Source: an uncultured Collinsella sp. (GTDB lineage: Bacteria; Actinomycetota; Coriobacteriia; Coriobacteriales; Coriobacteriaceae). Taken from it: a stretch of 64,000 nt of DNA. The notes under the pieces are model-generated. The model did not search any database. It had not been told where the DNA came from and was given only the letters and a program-made list of their open reading frames with translations. The stretch lies in assembly GCA_947002045.1 (NCBI GenBank), contig CAMQJB010000003.1, positions 6,445 to 70,444 of the forward strand, in the 5' to 3' direction. Positions within the stretch are counted from its first letter, which is position 1. The number at the start of each line of letters is the position of its first letter. Both the position numbers and the translations under genes were made by a program. Of the stretch, positions 51,068 to 60,692 are shown piece after piece.

Positions 51068-52111
51068 TTAAGCATTGGTTTGGACGAAGCCACCGTCAAA
51101 AGCGTTGGCCTCGAGCACGCGGGCGCAGCCGTTTACGACGTTATCGAGCGCCGTGGGGCTGACGTTGACCGAAACGCCGGTCTCGTCGCGCAGGCGCACG
51201 TCGAGACCGCGCAGCAGCGCACCGCCACCGGTCAGCAGAATGCCGTAGTACATAAGGTCCGAGGCAAGATCGGGCGGCGTGGCGTCCAGAGCGTCCTTAA
51301 CGGCCTTGGCCATCTCGTCGAGCGGCTTGTTGAGCGCGCGACGAATCTCCTCGCTCTCGATACGCACGGTCTTGGGCAGGCCCGTGATAACGTCGCGGCC
51401 GTTGACCTCGACGTCGAGCTCATCCTTGAGCGGCACGGCGGAGCCGACCTTAATCTTGATGTCCTCGGCCGTGCGCTCGCCGATAGCCAGGTTGTAGGCA
51501 TCGCGAACATGGGTGAGGATAGCCTGGTCGAACTCGTCGCCGGCAATGCGGATAGACTGCGACACGACAATACCGCCCATAGCGATAACGGCGACCTCGG
51601 TGGTGCCACCGCCGATATCGATGACCATGGAGCCCGTAGGCTCCTCGACGGGCAGGTCGGCGCCGATGGCGGCCGCCATGGGCTCTTCGATCAGATAGGC
51701 CTGGCGAGCGCCTGCCTGGATCGTGGCCTCAAAGACGGCGCGCTTCTCGACCGACGTGACGCCGGAGGGAACGCAGACGACGACGCGCGGACGAGGAGTC
51801 CACGGATAGCGCTTCTCGGAAGCCTTGTCGATAAAGTAGCGAAGCATGGCCTCGGTGACATCGAAGTCGGCGATGACGCCGTCCTTAAGGGGACGAACGG
51901 CCACGATGTTGCCGGGCGTACGGCCGAGCATGCGCTTGGCCTCGATGCCGACTGCCAGGATGCGCTCGTCGTTCTTGTCGATAGCGACAACGGAGGGCTC
52001 GCGGATGACGATGCCCTTGCCGCGCACGGAGACGAGCGTATTGGCGGTGCCGAGGTCGATGGCAAGATCGCCCGCATAGCTACCGAAGAACATATCCATC
52101 AAAGAAAACAA
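51068..52111 (-). CDS. mreB: Actin-like MreB
   Basis: IDLGTANT, RPLKDGVIADF, DIGGGTTE and LTGGGALL. Confidence 0.97.
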   Translation of the reverse strand: MFSLMDMFFGSYAGDLAIDLGTANTLVSVRGKGIVIREPSVVAIDKNDERILAVGIEAKRMLGRTPGNIVAVRPLKDGVIADFDVTEAMLRYFIDKASEKRYPWTPRPRVVVCVPSGVTSVEKRAVFEATIQAGARQAYLIEEPMAAAIGADLPVEEPTGSMVIDIGGGTTEVAVIAMGGIVVSQSIRIAGDEFDQAILTHVRDAYNLAIGERTAEDIKIKVGSAVPLKDELDVEVNGRDVITGLPKTVRIESEEIRRALNKPLDEMAKAVKDALDATPPDLASDLMYYGILLTGGGALLRGLDVRLRDETGVSVNVSPTALDNVVNGCARVLEANAFDGGFVQTNA

Positions 52112-52226
52112 CGCAACTCCTGATGTGTTGGATGATTGCTGGAAAACTACTAGCCCATCATACTAGCGCAAGCCCGGCACCTCACTTGCGGTGAAGCGCC
52201 GGGCAGAGCCAAATCTCATAAGGTCA

Positions 52227-53522
52227 CTACTGGTTGTCAGCGGCCGAGAAATCGATATCGAAGGAGGAAACGGCCCAACCGATATGGTTGTCGGAGCGCA
52301 CGAATTTAACGGTGTACTCCTGCTCGCCGCCCTTGGACAGCGAAGCCTTCACCTTGGCGGTGGTCTCGGTCATGGACTGATCCATACCCTCGATGGAGAC
52401 GGTGGCGCCCTGCGGGATCGAGGAGATGATCATCGCCTTGGCGTCCTCGGACAGGCTCGAGGCCAGGCAGGACTCGGCCTTGGCGGTATCGCCGTCACCG
52501 GCAGCCTGGAACAGGTCGGTGATGACGGACTCCTGCGAGGGGTAGCCCATGCCGCGCGTATAAGCATAGCCAAGACCGCCGGCAGCGATCACGATGAGCA
52601 GAAGCAGCACCAGGAAGATCTTAAGACCCGTGTGGCGGTGGCGACGACGAACCTTGGCCTGTTTGCGGTCCTGCTGGACCATCTCGGACTCGGACAGCGT
52701 AAAGAAGCCGGTGTCAGAGGGGTCGGGCATAAACTGACCGGTCGCGCCCGTGGGATCGAGCGGATCGACAGCGGGAGCGTCCATCGCGGGAGCCGGGGCC
52801 GTGGACATGGCCGTCTGGGCCGAAAGCGCGGCGAGCGAGTCGTGCACGCGGGCAAGCTCGTCGGCCTGCTCGGGCGTGAGCTGGTAGATGCCGTCGGCGG
52901 TAGCGGCGTTAAAGGCATCGAGCGCATCGGAGGGACGGCCGGCGGCGGAAAGCGCTTGGCCCATGCCGGCGTTGAGGGCGCGCGTATCGTCGCGCGGGCC
53001 GGCAAAGTCGATAGCCGTGCGGTAGGTCTCAACGGCGTCCGCGGGGCGGCCGAGCTTGATGAAGCAGCGGCCCAGATCGCCGAGGGCGGCGGCAGGAGCC
53101 GGGTTGGCGCCGTCGATGGCAGCCTGACGGAAGGCGGTACCGGCGTTGGCATAGTCGCCCGACTGGAACAGCGCGTTGCCCAGACCCAGGTAGGCCTTAA
53201 AAGGCGTGGCGTAGGAGGCGTCCTGGGTAGCTGCAGAGAACGCCTGGGCAGCCGTGGTGTAGTCGCCCACCGCGGCGAGCGCCTTGCCGCGGTTGGTGAG
53301 CAGGGCGCCGCGCTTGCCATAGGTGCCGTCGTTGAGCGCGGCGGCGTAGGCCTCGGCGGCCTCGGCGTACATGCCCAGATGCATCAGGGCGTTGCCGCGC
53401 AGGTGGTCGGCCTCACCCATGATCTCGTTGGGAGTCTTTGCCGCACCAAGCATCTGGGCGGCAGCGGAAAAATCACCCGCGCGATAAGCGGCGCGGCCCT
53501 GTTGGATCAGCTGGCTATTCAA
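52227..53522 (-). CDS. TPR-repeat membrane-anchored protein
   Basis: Repeated Ala-rich helices (YLGLGNALFQSGDYANA, LGRCFIKLGRPADA), one TM helix and a short exported domain. Confidence 0.8.
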   Translation of the reverse strand: MNSQLIQQGRAAYRAGDFSAAAQMLGAAKTPNEIMGEADHLRGNALMHLGMYAEAAEAYAAALNDGTYGKRGALLTNRGKALAAVGDYTTAAQAFSAATQDASYATPFKAYLGLGNALFQSGDYANAGTAFRQAAIDGANPAPAAALGDLGRCFIKLGRPADAVETYRTAIDFAGPRDDTRALNAGMGQALSAAGRPSDALDAFNAATADGIYQLTPEQADELARVHDSLAALSAQTAMSTAPAPAMDAPAVDPLDPTGATGQFMPDPSDTGFFTLSESEMVQQDRKQAKVRRRHRHTGLKIFLVLLLLIVIAAGGLGYAYTRGMGYPSQESVITDLFQAAGDGDTAKAESCLASSLSEDAKAMIISSIPQGATVSIEGMDQSMTETTAKVKASLSKGGEQEYTVKFVRSDNHIGWAVSSFDIDFSAADNQ

Positions 53523-53533
53523 GGAAGTCCCCT

Positions 53534-54076
53534 TTACTCGTGAACGATCTCGACGTGGACGATCTCGTCGCCGGCGCGCAGCTGCGAGATGACGTCGAGG
53601 CCCTCGATCGTGGTGCCAAAGACGGTATAGCCCGAATCGAGGTTGTGCTGGGCACCCAGGCAGAAGTAGAACTGCGAGCCCGCGGAATCGGGATCCATGG
53701 AACGGGCCATGGCAAGTGCGCCGTCAACATGGCTATTACGCGGATTGGTGGCAAACTCGCCCTTGATGCAGTAGCCGGGGCCGCCGGTACCGGGCATGCC
53801 GTCGGGGCCCTCAAGGCCGGCAGCGACGTCGGCGCCGGACATATCGCGGGTATTGGGGTCGCCGCCCTGGATCACAAAGCCGGGCACGTAGCGATGGAAC
53901 TTAAGGCCGTCATAGAAGCCCATAGTGGAAAGCTCGCAGAAGTTCGCCACATGGATGGGGGCGCCCTCACCGTCAAACTTGACCTTGATGGTACCCTTCG
54001 ACGTCTCGATCACCGCGCACTCGTCACCGACGAGCTGGTACTCGGGCGTATAGAGCTCTTTCTTAAAACCAAACAT
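53534..54076 (-). CDS. Cyclophilin-type peptidyl-prolyl cis-trans isomerase
   Basis: FHRYVPGFVIQGGDP, GTGGPGY, MARSMDPDSAGSQFY and LDSGYTVFG. Confidence 0.93.
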   Translation of the reverse strand: MFGFKKELYTPEYQLVGDECAVIETSKGTIKVKFDGEGAPIHVANFCELSTMGFYDGLKFHRYVPGFVIQGGDPNTRDMSGADVAAGLEGPDGMPGTGGPGYCIKGEFATNPRNSHVDGALAMARSMDPDSAGSQFYFCLGAQHNLDSGYTVFGTTIEGLDVISQLRAGDEIVHVEIVHE

Positions 54077-54181
54077 GTGGTTCCTTCCTCGTGCGTTTAA
54101 AGCATATTTGTACGAATTGTAGCAATAAGCACGGGCTTCCATCAATTGCGCACGCAGGTTATGCCGCCGGAGGGCAACAAA

Positions 54182-55336
54182 TTACGAACGTTGCTGCGGC
54201 CTCCATGCACTCACGTTGGCGTCGTACTGGTTAAGCGCGCTGTTGCCGCCTTGTGCGATGGGCGCCAGGATCTCGCTCTGACGAGCGCTTAGCGACTCGC
54301 CGTCGGGAATGGACAGCGAGATATCCCAGCTCTGGCAGATCACGTCGACACGCTCGTACATCCACTGGGCAAGTTGCTTTAGATGATCGATGTCCTCAGC
54401 ATAGACCGTGTCGTCCTGAACCTTGAGGTTGTTGAGCTCATCCTGGGTCTTTTTAATCTGATCGCGCAAGGCATAGGCGCTCTGCGACAGCTCCTGGCGG
54501 GTGGAGAGCGGTGTGCGCAGATAGCCGTTATTAAACGAATCGATGACCTCGCCGATCTGGTCATCGTCGCTGTACGACACGATGGTCTGGTACAGGCCGT
54601 CGAGCCTGGTGTAGAGCTGGTCGTCGGTTAAGACGGTCTCCTCCTGAACAACCTCGGACGCATCCTCTTGCTTGGGCTCTTTGTCGGTGGCCTCGCCCTT
54701 TTGGCGCGACGGGAAGGTGGTTTTGGCTGCCTGGCCAAACTGGTCGTAGAAGCCGGGCATGACGCCCATGGGATCGGCAGTCACAAACCAATAGGCACCA
54801 CCGCACACGGCGGCGAGCACCGCGATGACGATGAGCGGTTTGGGGATATGGCGCTTGTGCTTGTGATAGGCATCCTCGTCGGGATGGACCTTGCGCTTGG
54901 GCTTTTGCTTTTTAGGCTGGGCATCATCGCGCAGGGACACCGGCGTGGGGATATCCACCTTGGGGATGCCAAAGTCCTTATCGAAGGCCGGCAGCACGCA
55001 GGTCTCGTTGGGATCGGCGGCATCCGAGAGCACCGCGGCGGCAGAGGCCGGCGCATGGGGCACCTCAGTATCGATCTGCTCCTGCGTCAAGCGCGGGAAG
55101 CCGGCCGTGCGGCCTGCCGCCAAATCGGATGCGGCCGCGTCTTTAGAAAGGATGCCCGGGGCGGGGCGCCCGCACTTGGGACAGGTGCGATCGTGCGGGG
55201 ACAGGCGTGCCCCGCAACCATCGCAAAACACGAACTCGGTATGCTCGGGGCCATCGCCCGGACCAACGTATGCGTTGCAATAGGGGCAGAACGAGGCGCC
55301 GTCCTCGATGGTCTTTAGGCAATGCGGGCAGATCAC
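54182..55336 (-). CDS. Double zinc-ribbon membrane protein
   Basis: CPHC..CPYC and CDGC..CPKC pairs, a TM helix and an acidic exported helical domain. Probable GTG start at 55336. Confidence 0.75.
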   Translation of the reverse strand: MICPHCLKTIEDGASFCPYCNAYVGPGDGPEHTEFVFCDGCGARLSPHDRTCPKCGRPAPGILSKDAAASDLAAGRTAGFPRLTQEQIDTEVPHAPASAAAVLSDAADPNETCVLPAFDKDFGIPKVDIPTPVSLRDDAQPKKQKPKRKVHPDEDAYHKHKRHIPKPLIVIAVLAAVCGGAYWFVTADPMGVMPGFYDQFGQAAKTTFPSRQKGEATDKEPKQEDASEVVQEETVLTDDQLYTRLDGLYQTIVSYSDDDQIGEVIDSFNNGYLRTPLSTRQELSQSAYALRDQIKKTQDELNNLKVQDDTVYAEDIDHLKQLAQWMYERVDVICQSWDISLSIPDGESLSARQSEILAPIAQGGNSALNQYDANVSAWRPQQRS

Positions 55337-55426
55337 GGCATCCTCTTTCCGAAGCAATTCAAACAATTGAGGTTAGAGCATAACATCGACACGGCCCCAC
55401 AAGCGCAAGGCACCAATTCAACATCG

Positions 55427-55627
55427 CAGGGCAGCTAATTTGGGACGGGGCTTTTTTAGCTACCCCTCAATTCGCGGAGCATAAGGGATGATTTTTCTGG
55501 GACGGGGATTTAAAAATCATTGTGTACCTAATGATTTTTAAATCCCCGTCCCAGAAAAATCATCCAACATTGTCGTGTCTGCCGGTGGGGGTAGCTAAAA
55601 AAGCCCCGTCCCAAATTAGCTGCCCTG
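55427..55627. repeat. 201-bp nested inverted-repeat element (REPIN-like)
   Basis: Perfect 40-bp outer arms (55427-55466/55588-55627), perfect 36-bp inner arms (55486-55521/55530-55565) and an 8-nt loop. All four arms carry TGGGACGGGG or its complement. Confidence 0.9.
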
Positions 55628-55637
55628 TGAGGCGTGG

Positions 55638-58361
55638 TTACTTTTTCTTCTTGCTCGGCATCGAAACCTTAATCCCCTGGGCGGACTTGGTCACACGCGA
55701 GCGTTTGGCGCCCGTGACCTTCTTTTTCTTGGGCTGGGTCTGGGCCACGCCCTCGAGTGCACGGGCCTCGGCCTCGCGGACAGTGCGCGCCTCACGGCGC
55801 TGCGCCATATCGGCGGCAACGCGCTTGGCAAAACGCCCGGCGGTCGATCCCGTCGAGCTCACCTTGCCGCCGCCGCGACCCAGGCGAACGCGAACGCCAC
55901 GGCCAAAGCCGGTGGCCGCATGACGGCGACGGGGCTTAAGCGAGTCCATCATCGTGGCAAGCTTGAAGAACACCGCGCAGGTAAAGACGATGATAACCGC
56001 CAAAATGACCATCTGGCCCATCGACAGGTTGGCGATGGACAGCAGCTCCGGGAACCCGATAACGCCCGTCAAAATACCGGCAACGACAAACACGAAAAGC
56101 ACCACGCGCAAGGGCGTGAGTGGCTGCGAGATGCGCCAGATCAGGCTGACACTCGCCGCGCACGACGTGAGCAGGCACATGGTCGAGAGCGTAAGCTGGC
56201 TAAAGCCAAATACGCGCGCCACAAAGATATCGAGCGCCGCGGCCAAAATGACCGCAATCGACGCCGGCAGCGCACGCTTAAGCACGTTGGTCAAGAACGA
56301 CCCCTTCACGCGGGCGTTGTTGGGCTCCAGACCCAGCACAAAGCCCGGCGCGCCGATGCAGAAGAAGTTGATGAGCGTCATCTGAATGGGCTCGAAGGGA
56401 TACGGCGGCAGCGCGATGCACAGCGCCGCCAGGCCCATCGAGAACAGCGTCTTGGTCAGAAAGAGCGCGGCAGAGCGCTGAAGGTTATTGATGGAACGAC
56501 GACCCTCGGCCACCACAGCGGGCATCGAGGCAAAGTCGTTATCGACGAGCACGATCTCGGCAACATTGCGCGCGGCATCGGAGCCGGCGGCCATCGCCAC
56601 GGAGCAGTCGGCCTCCTTGAGCGCCAGCACGTCGTTGACGCCGTCGCCCGTCATGGCCACGGTGTGCCCGCGGCGCTTGAGCGCCTGTACGAGCTCGCGC
56701 TTCTGCTGCGGCGTCACACGCCCAAAAACGTGGTAACGGTCCACAGCCGCATCAATCTTGGACGGTGTATCGAGGGTTGTCGCGTCCACGTAAGCATCGG
56801 CGCCCGGCACGCCCACCACGCGCGCGATCGACGACACCGTACGCGGGTCGTCGCCGCTGATCACGTTGAGGGTCACGCCCTGCTCGTTAAAGTAGCCGAT
56901 AGTCTCGGCTGCCGAGGTACGAATCTCGTCACGAATAGTCACAAAACCCACGGGCTCGGCCTCGCCCACCATATCGCCATCGGGCGAAAAGCCGTCCACG
57001 CGCGCCACCACAAGTACGCGGCAGGTATCGGCAAGCTCGGCCACACGATTCTCGACCTGAGCAAATGCGCGATCAGAGAGCACAAACTGCGCGGCGCCCA
57101 TCACATAGGAGCCCTGCGCAAACGACGCGCCGCTCCACTTTTTTGACGACGAGAACGGAATGACCGACAGCGGCTCGGACACCTCGACCGGACGATCGGC
57201 GTAGTAGTTGAGCAGCGCCTGGCAGGTCTCGTTGGCATCTGCCGAGGTCGCACGTGCTACGTTGGCAAGCGCAAAGTCGAGCACCGTGGTCTCGACGGGG
57301 ACAGCCGCCTCGTCCGAGTCCGCGCCAAAGCCAACACCCTCAACAGGCAGCGGGTAGGTGCCCTCGACCTCCATACGGCCCGAGGTGATGGTGCCCGTCT
57401 TGTCCAGGCACAAAACGTCGACGCGCGCGAGCGTCTCGATGCAGTAGAGCTGCTGTGCCAGCACCTTGCGACGCGCCAGGCGCACCGTGGCGATCGCGAG
57501 CACCGACGAGGTCAGCAGCACCAGGCCCTGCGGAATCATGCCCAGCAGGGCACCAACCGTGGACAGCAGCGCCGAAGAAGGCACACGGCCGGCCAGCAGC
57601 TCGGAGAAACACCAAGAAAGCGCGCTATCGCCCGGGGTTCCCGCGGCATCCCACAGCTCGCTCACACTCGAAGCAAAGAGCGCCAGACCAAGCGGAATCA
57701 TGATAATGCTCGCGAACCGCACGATGGCATTCAACACGTTCATGATCTCGGAATTGACCTTTTTGACGTACTTGGCCTCGTTGTTGATCTTTGCCACGTA
57801 GTTATCGGCGCCGACATGGATCACGCGGGCGCGCAGCAGGCCTGAGTCGATAAAGCTGCCGCTCATGAGCTCGGAGCCGGGCTGCTTTTTGATAAGATCG
57901 CTCTCGCCCGTCAGCAGACTCTCGTTGACGAGCGCCTCGCCCGACACCACCACGGCGTCGGCGGGAATCTGGTCACCGCGCCCCAGGCGAATGATATCGT
58001 CGAGCACGATCTGGTCCAGGTCGAGCTCCACCTCGGCGCCATCGCGCACCGCGATGGCCTTCTTAGAGGTGAGCAGCGTAAGCTTGTCGACCATCCGCTT
58101 GGAACGCATGGACTGAATGACGCCAATTGCCGTGTTCAAGAACACCACGAACAGAAACGTCAGGTTCTTAAACGAACCGGTCAGCAACACCAAAATCGCC
58201 AAGACCACGTTGATCAAGTTAAACAGCGTGCAGAGGTTCTCGATGATGAGCTCGCGGACCGACTTGGTCTTGAGCTCCATGTTGCGGTTGATCTTACCGG
58301 CGGCGATGCGCTCCTCGACCTCGGCGGTCGAGAGTCCGCGCTCGATATCCGTTGTTGCCAT
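55638..58361 (-). CDS. Cation-translocating P-type ATPase with a long basic C-terminal tail
   Basis: LTGES, CLDKTGT, VISGD, FGRVTPQQK and TGDGVND. ATG at 58361. Confidence 0.93.
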   Translation of the reverse strand: MATTDIERGLSTAEVEERIAAGKINRNMELKTKSVRELIIENLCTLFNLINVVLAILVLLTGSFKNLTFLFVVFLNTAIGVIQSMRSKRMVDKLTLLTSKKAIAVRDGAEVELDLDQIVLDDIIRLGRGDQIPADAVVVSGEALVNESLLTGESDLIKKQPGSELMSGSFIDSGLLRARVIHVGADNYVAKINNEAKYVKKVNSEIMNVLNAIVRFASIIMIPLGLALFASSVSELWDAAGTPGDSALSWCFSELLAGRVPSSALLSTVGALLGMIPQGLVLLTSSVLAIATVRLARRKVLAQQLYCIETLARVDVLCLDKTGTITSGRMEVEGTYPLPVEGVGFGADSDEAAVPVETTVLDFALANVARATSADANETCQALLNYYADRPVEVSEPLSVIPFSSSKKWSGASFAQGSYVMGAAQFVLSDRAFAQVENRVAELADTCRVLVVARVDGFSPDGDMVGEAEPVGFVTIRDEIRTSAAETIGYFNEQGVTLNVISGDDPRTVSSIARVVGVPGADAYVDATTLDTPSKIDAAVDRYHVFGRVTPQQKRELVQALKRRGHTVAMTGDGVNDVLALKEADCSVAMAAGSDAARNVAEIVLVDNDFASMPAVVAEGRRSINNLQRSAALFLTKTLFSMGLAALCIALPPYPFEPIQMTLINFFCIGAPGFVLGLEPNNARVKGSFLTNVLKRALPASIAVILAAALDIFVARVFGFSQLTLSTMCLLTSCAASVSLIWRISQPLTPLRVVLFVFVVAGILTGVIGFPELLSIANLSMGQMVILAVIIVFTCAVFFKLATMMDSLKPRRRHAATGFGRGVRVRLGRGGGKVSSTGSTAGRFAKRVAADMAQRREARTVREAEARALEGVAQTQPKKKKVTGAKRSRVTKSAQGIKVSMPSKKKK

Positions 58362-58389
58362 ACCACGTCCCATCACGTCGCGTCGGTAT

Positions 58390-58425
58390 AAAAAACCGCC
58401 CGGACCATGCGAGGTTCGGACGGTC
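58390..58425 (-). terminator. Terminator after tRNA-Arg
   Basis: Hairpin ACCGTCCGAACC...GGTCCGGGCGGT followed by a 6-T run on the minus strand. Confidence 0.75.
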
Positions 58426-58435
58426 TTACGTTCGA

Positions 58436-58512
58436 TGGTGCCCCATGTTGGATTCGAACCAACGGCCTTCTGCTCCGGAGGCAGACGCTCTAATCCCCTG
58501 AGCTAATAGGGC
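58436..58512 (-). tRNA. tRNA-Arg (anticodon CCG)
   Basis: 77 nt GCCCTATTAGCTCAGGGGATTAGAGCGTCTGCCT-CCG-GAGCAGAAGGCCGTTGGTTCGAATCCAACATGGGGCACCA; cloverleaf with encoded CCA. TTGTTA/TATAAT promoter upstream. Confidence 0.97.
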
Positions 58513-58653
58513 GAACGGTAGGCATTATACCCAAGTGCGCCACGGGCTAACAAAATAATAGAAAAAGCTTTGCAATTACGTGGGAGACGCGCCGCGACGG
58601 CGCGCTTTAGGCGGCAAAAGCGAGTCAGATAGTATAAACTCTCATGCACATAT

Positions 58654-58679
58654 AACGGCTCGCGATGCGGGCCGTTTTT
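58654..58679 (+). terminator. Terminator-like hairpin in the aro operon leader
   Basis: AACGGCTCGC-GAT-GCGGGCCGTT-TTT, ending about 33 nt before the aroF start. Confidence 0.55.
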
Positions 58680-58712
58680 GCAAGGGCTATCTATCGAGGT
58701 GAGAGGCACACC

Positions 58713-59738
58713 ATGATTGCGATTTTAAAGCAGAGCGCCAGCGACGAGGCCGTCGGCCACATCGTCAGCTGGATCGAGAAAAAGGGACTCAAGACCGACG
58801 TCTCGCGCGGCGAGAACGAGACCATCATCGGCCTGGTGGGCGACACGACCAAGATCGACCCGTTCCTGCTCGAGTCCATGGACGTCGTCGAGCGCGTGCA
58901 GCGCGTCTCCGAGCCGTTCAAGCGCGCCAACCGCAAGTTCCACCCCGAGGACTCCGTCATCGACTGCGGGCACGGCGTCAAGATTGGCGGCGACCAGTTT
59001 CAGGTCATCGCCGGCCCGTGCTCCGTCGAGGGCGAGAACCTCATCCGCATCGCCCGCCGCGTGAAGGCCGCCGGCGCCACGATGCTGCGCGGTGGCGCCT
59101 ACAAGCCCCGCACCTCCCCGTACGCCTACCAGGGCATGGGTCCCGCCGGCCTGGACCTGCTGTGCGAGGCATCCGCCGAGCTCGACATGCCGATCGTCAC
59201 CGAGATCATGGACCCGCGCGACGTGCAGGTCTTCTTGGATAAAAAGATCGACGTCATGCAGATTGGCGCCCGCAACGCGCAGAACTTCCCCCTGCTCAAA
59301 GAGGTCGGCAAGACCAAGACCCCGATCCTGCTCAAGCGCGGCATGTCCGGCACCGTCGACGAGCTGCTTATGGCAGCCGAGTACATCATGAGCGAGGGCA
59401 ACGACAACGTCATCCTGTGCGAGCGCGGCATTCGCACCTTCGAGACCCGCACTCGCAACACCTTCGACCTCAACGCCGTGCCGGTGCTGCACCACCTGTC
59501 GCACCTGCCCGTCGTCGCCGACCCCAGCCACGCCACCGGTTACACCCGCTATGTTGAGCCCATGGCGCTCGCCGCGACTGCCTGCGGCGCCAACGGTCTG
59601 GAGATCGAGGTCCACGACGACCCGAGCCACGCCTGGTCCGACGGTGCCCAGGCCCTCACCCCCGACCAGTTCGACGACACCATGCGCCGCATCCGCGCCA
59701 TCCGCGAGGTCGTCTGCCAAGAGACCGTTCAGGAGTAA
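58713..59738 (+). CDS. aroF: DAHP synthase (type I-beta, N-terminal regulatory domain)
   Basis: AGPCSVE, RGGAYKPRTSPY, QIGARNAQNF, LKRG and DPSHATG. Confidence 0.94.
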   Translation: MIAILKQSASDEAVGHIVSWIEKKGLKTDVSRGENETIIGLVGDTTKIDPFLLESMDVVERVQRVSEPFKRANRKFHPEDSVIDCGHGVKIGGDQFQVIAGPCSVEGENLIRIARRVKAAGATMLRGGAYKPRTSPYAYQGMGPAGLDLLCEASAELDMPIVTEIMDPRDVQVFLDKKIDVMQIGARNAQNFPLLKEVGKTKTPILLKRGMSGTVDELLMAAEYIMSEGNDNVILCERGIRTFETRTRNTFDLNAVPVLHHLSHLPVVADPSHATGYTRYVEPMALAATACGANGLEIEVHDDPSHAWSDGAQALTPDQFDDTMRRIRAIREVVCQETVQE

Positions 59739-59741
59739 CCC

Positions 59742-60656
59742 ATGGGTACGGTGAGAAACGCACGCGTCAACCAGGGCGGACCCAAGTGCGCCGGCATTGT
59801 GGGCCTGGGCCTCATCGGCGGCAGCTTTGCCCGCGGCTATGCGCAGGCGGGCGTCCGCGTGCTGGCCTGGGACCCCGACGATGACGTCATGACGGCCGCC
59901 AGCATGGGCACTGTCGCCGGCGAGCTCAACGACGAGACGCTCGGCGAGTGCGACATCATCGTGCTGGCCTGCTACCCCGAGGCATGCATCGAGTGGCTCG
60001 AGGCGCACGCCCAGGCACTCGCCGACGCCACCGACACCGATGCCATCATGGGCCCCGTGGTGATCGACACTGTGGGCGTCAAGGGTATCGTGTGTGAGCG
60101 GGCCTTTGAGCTCGCACGAGAGCACGGCTTTTACTTTGTGGGCGCACACCCCATGGCGGGCACCCAGTTCTCGGGCTACGCGCACTCCCGCGCCGACCTG
60201 TTCCAGGGCGCACCGCTCGTGCTCGTTCCGCCCGCGGTAGACGATGCCCTTAAGCTGGAGCTCCTGGGCCAGGTGCGCGAGATGGTACGTCCCCTGGGCT
60301 TTGGCAAGTTCAGCGTAACGAGCGCTGCCGAGCACGACCGCGTCATCGCCTTTACAAGCCAGCTCGCGCACGTCGTCTCCAACGCCTATGTTAAGAGCCC
60401 GACCGCTCAGGTCCACCACGGCTTTTCGGCCGGCAGCTACCGCGACCTCACCCGCGTGGCGCACCTCAATCCGCAGATGTGGTCCGAGCTCATGATCGAC
60501 GACGCCGATGCGCTCGCCTTCGAGATTGACCATCTGATCGAATCGCTCGGCGCCTACAGCCGCGCCCTAAAGGACCGCAACCAGCGCTATCTGGAGAATC
60601 TCCTTGCCGAGGGCGATCGCATCAAGCGTGCACTCGACGACGAGAGCGCTCACTAG
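59742..60656 (+). CDS. tyrA: Prephenate dehydrogenase
   Basis: GLGLIGGS, HPMAG, EHDRVIAFTSQLAH and SYRDLTRVA. Confidence 0.9.
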   Translation: MGTVRNARVNQGGPKCAGIVGLGLIGGSFARGYAQAGVRVLAWDPDDDVMTAASMGTVAGELNDETLGECDIIVLACYPEACIEWLEAHAQALADATDTDAIMGPVVIDTVGVKGIVCERAFELAREHGFYFVGAHPMAGTQFSGYAHSRADLFQGAPLVLVPPAVDDALKLELLGQVREMVRPLGFGKFSVTSAAEHDRVIAFTSQLAHVVSNAYVKSPTAQVHHGFSAGSYRDLTRVAHLNPQMWSELMIDDADALAFEIDHLIESLGAYSRALKDRNQRYLENLLAEGDRIKRALDDESAH

Positions 60657-60692
60657 ACCACCCATCACGCCAGGTCGAAAGGACCATAGCTT

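Noticed and set aside
55427-55627. CRISPR array interpretation of the repeat/spacer pattern
   Set aside because: The units are inverted rather than direct repeats, come in two sequence types, and no cas genes are in the window.
58436-58512. tRNA-Arg as the integration site of an island
   Set aside because: I saw no duplicated tRNA 3' end, integrase or compositional shift; the neighbours are ordinary genes.
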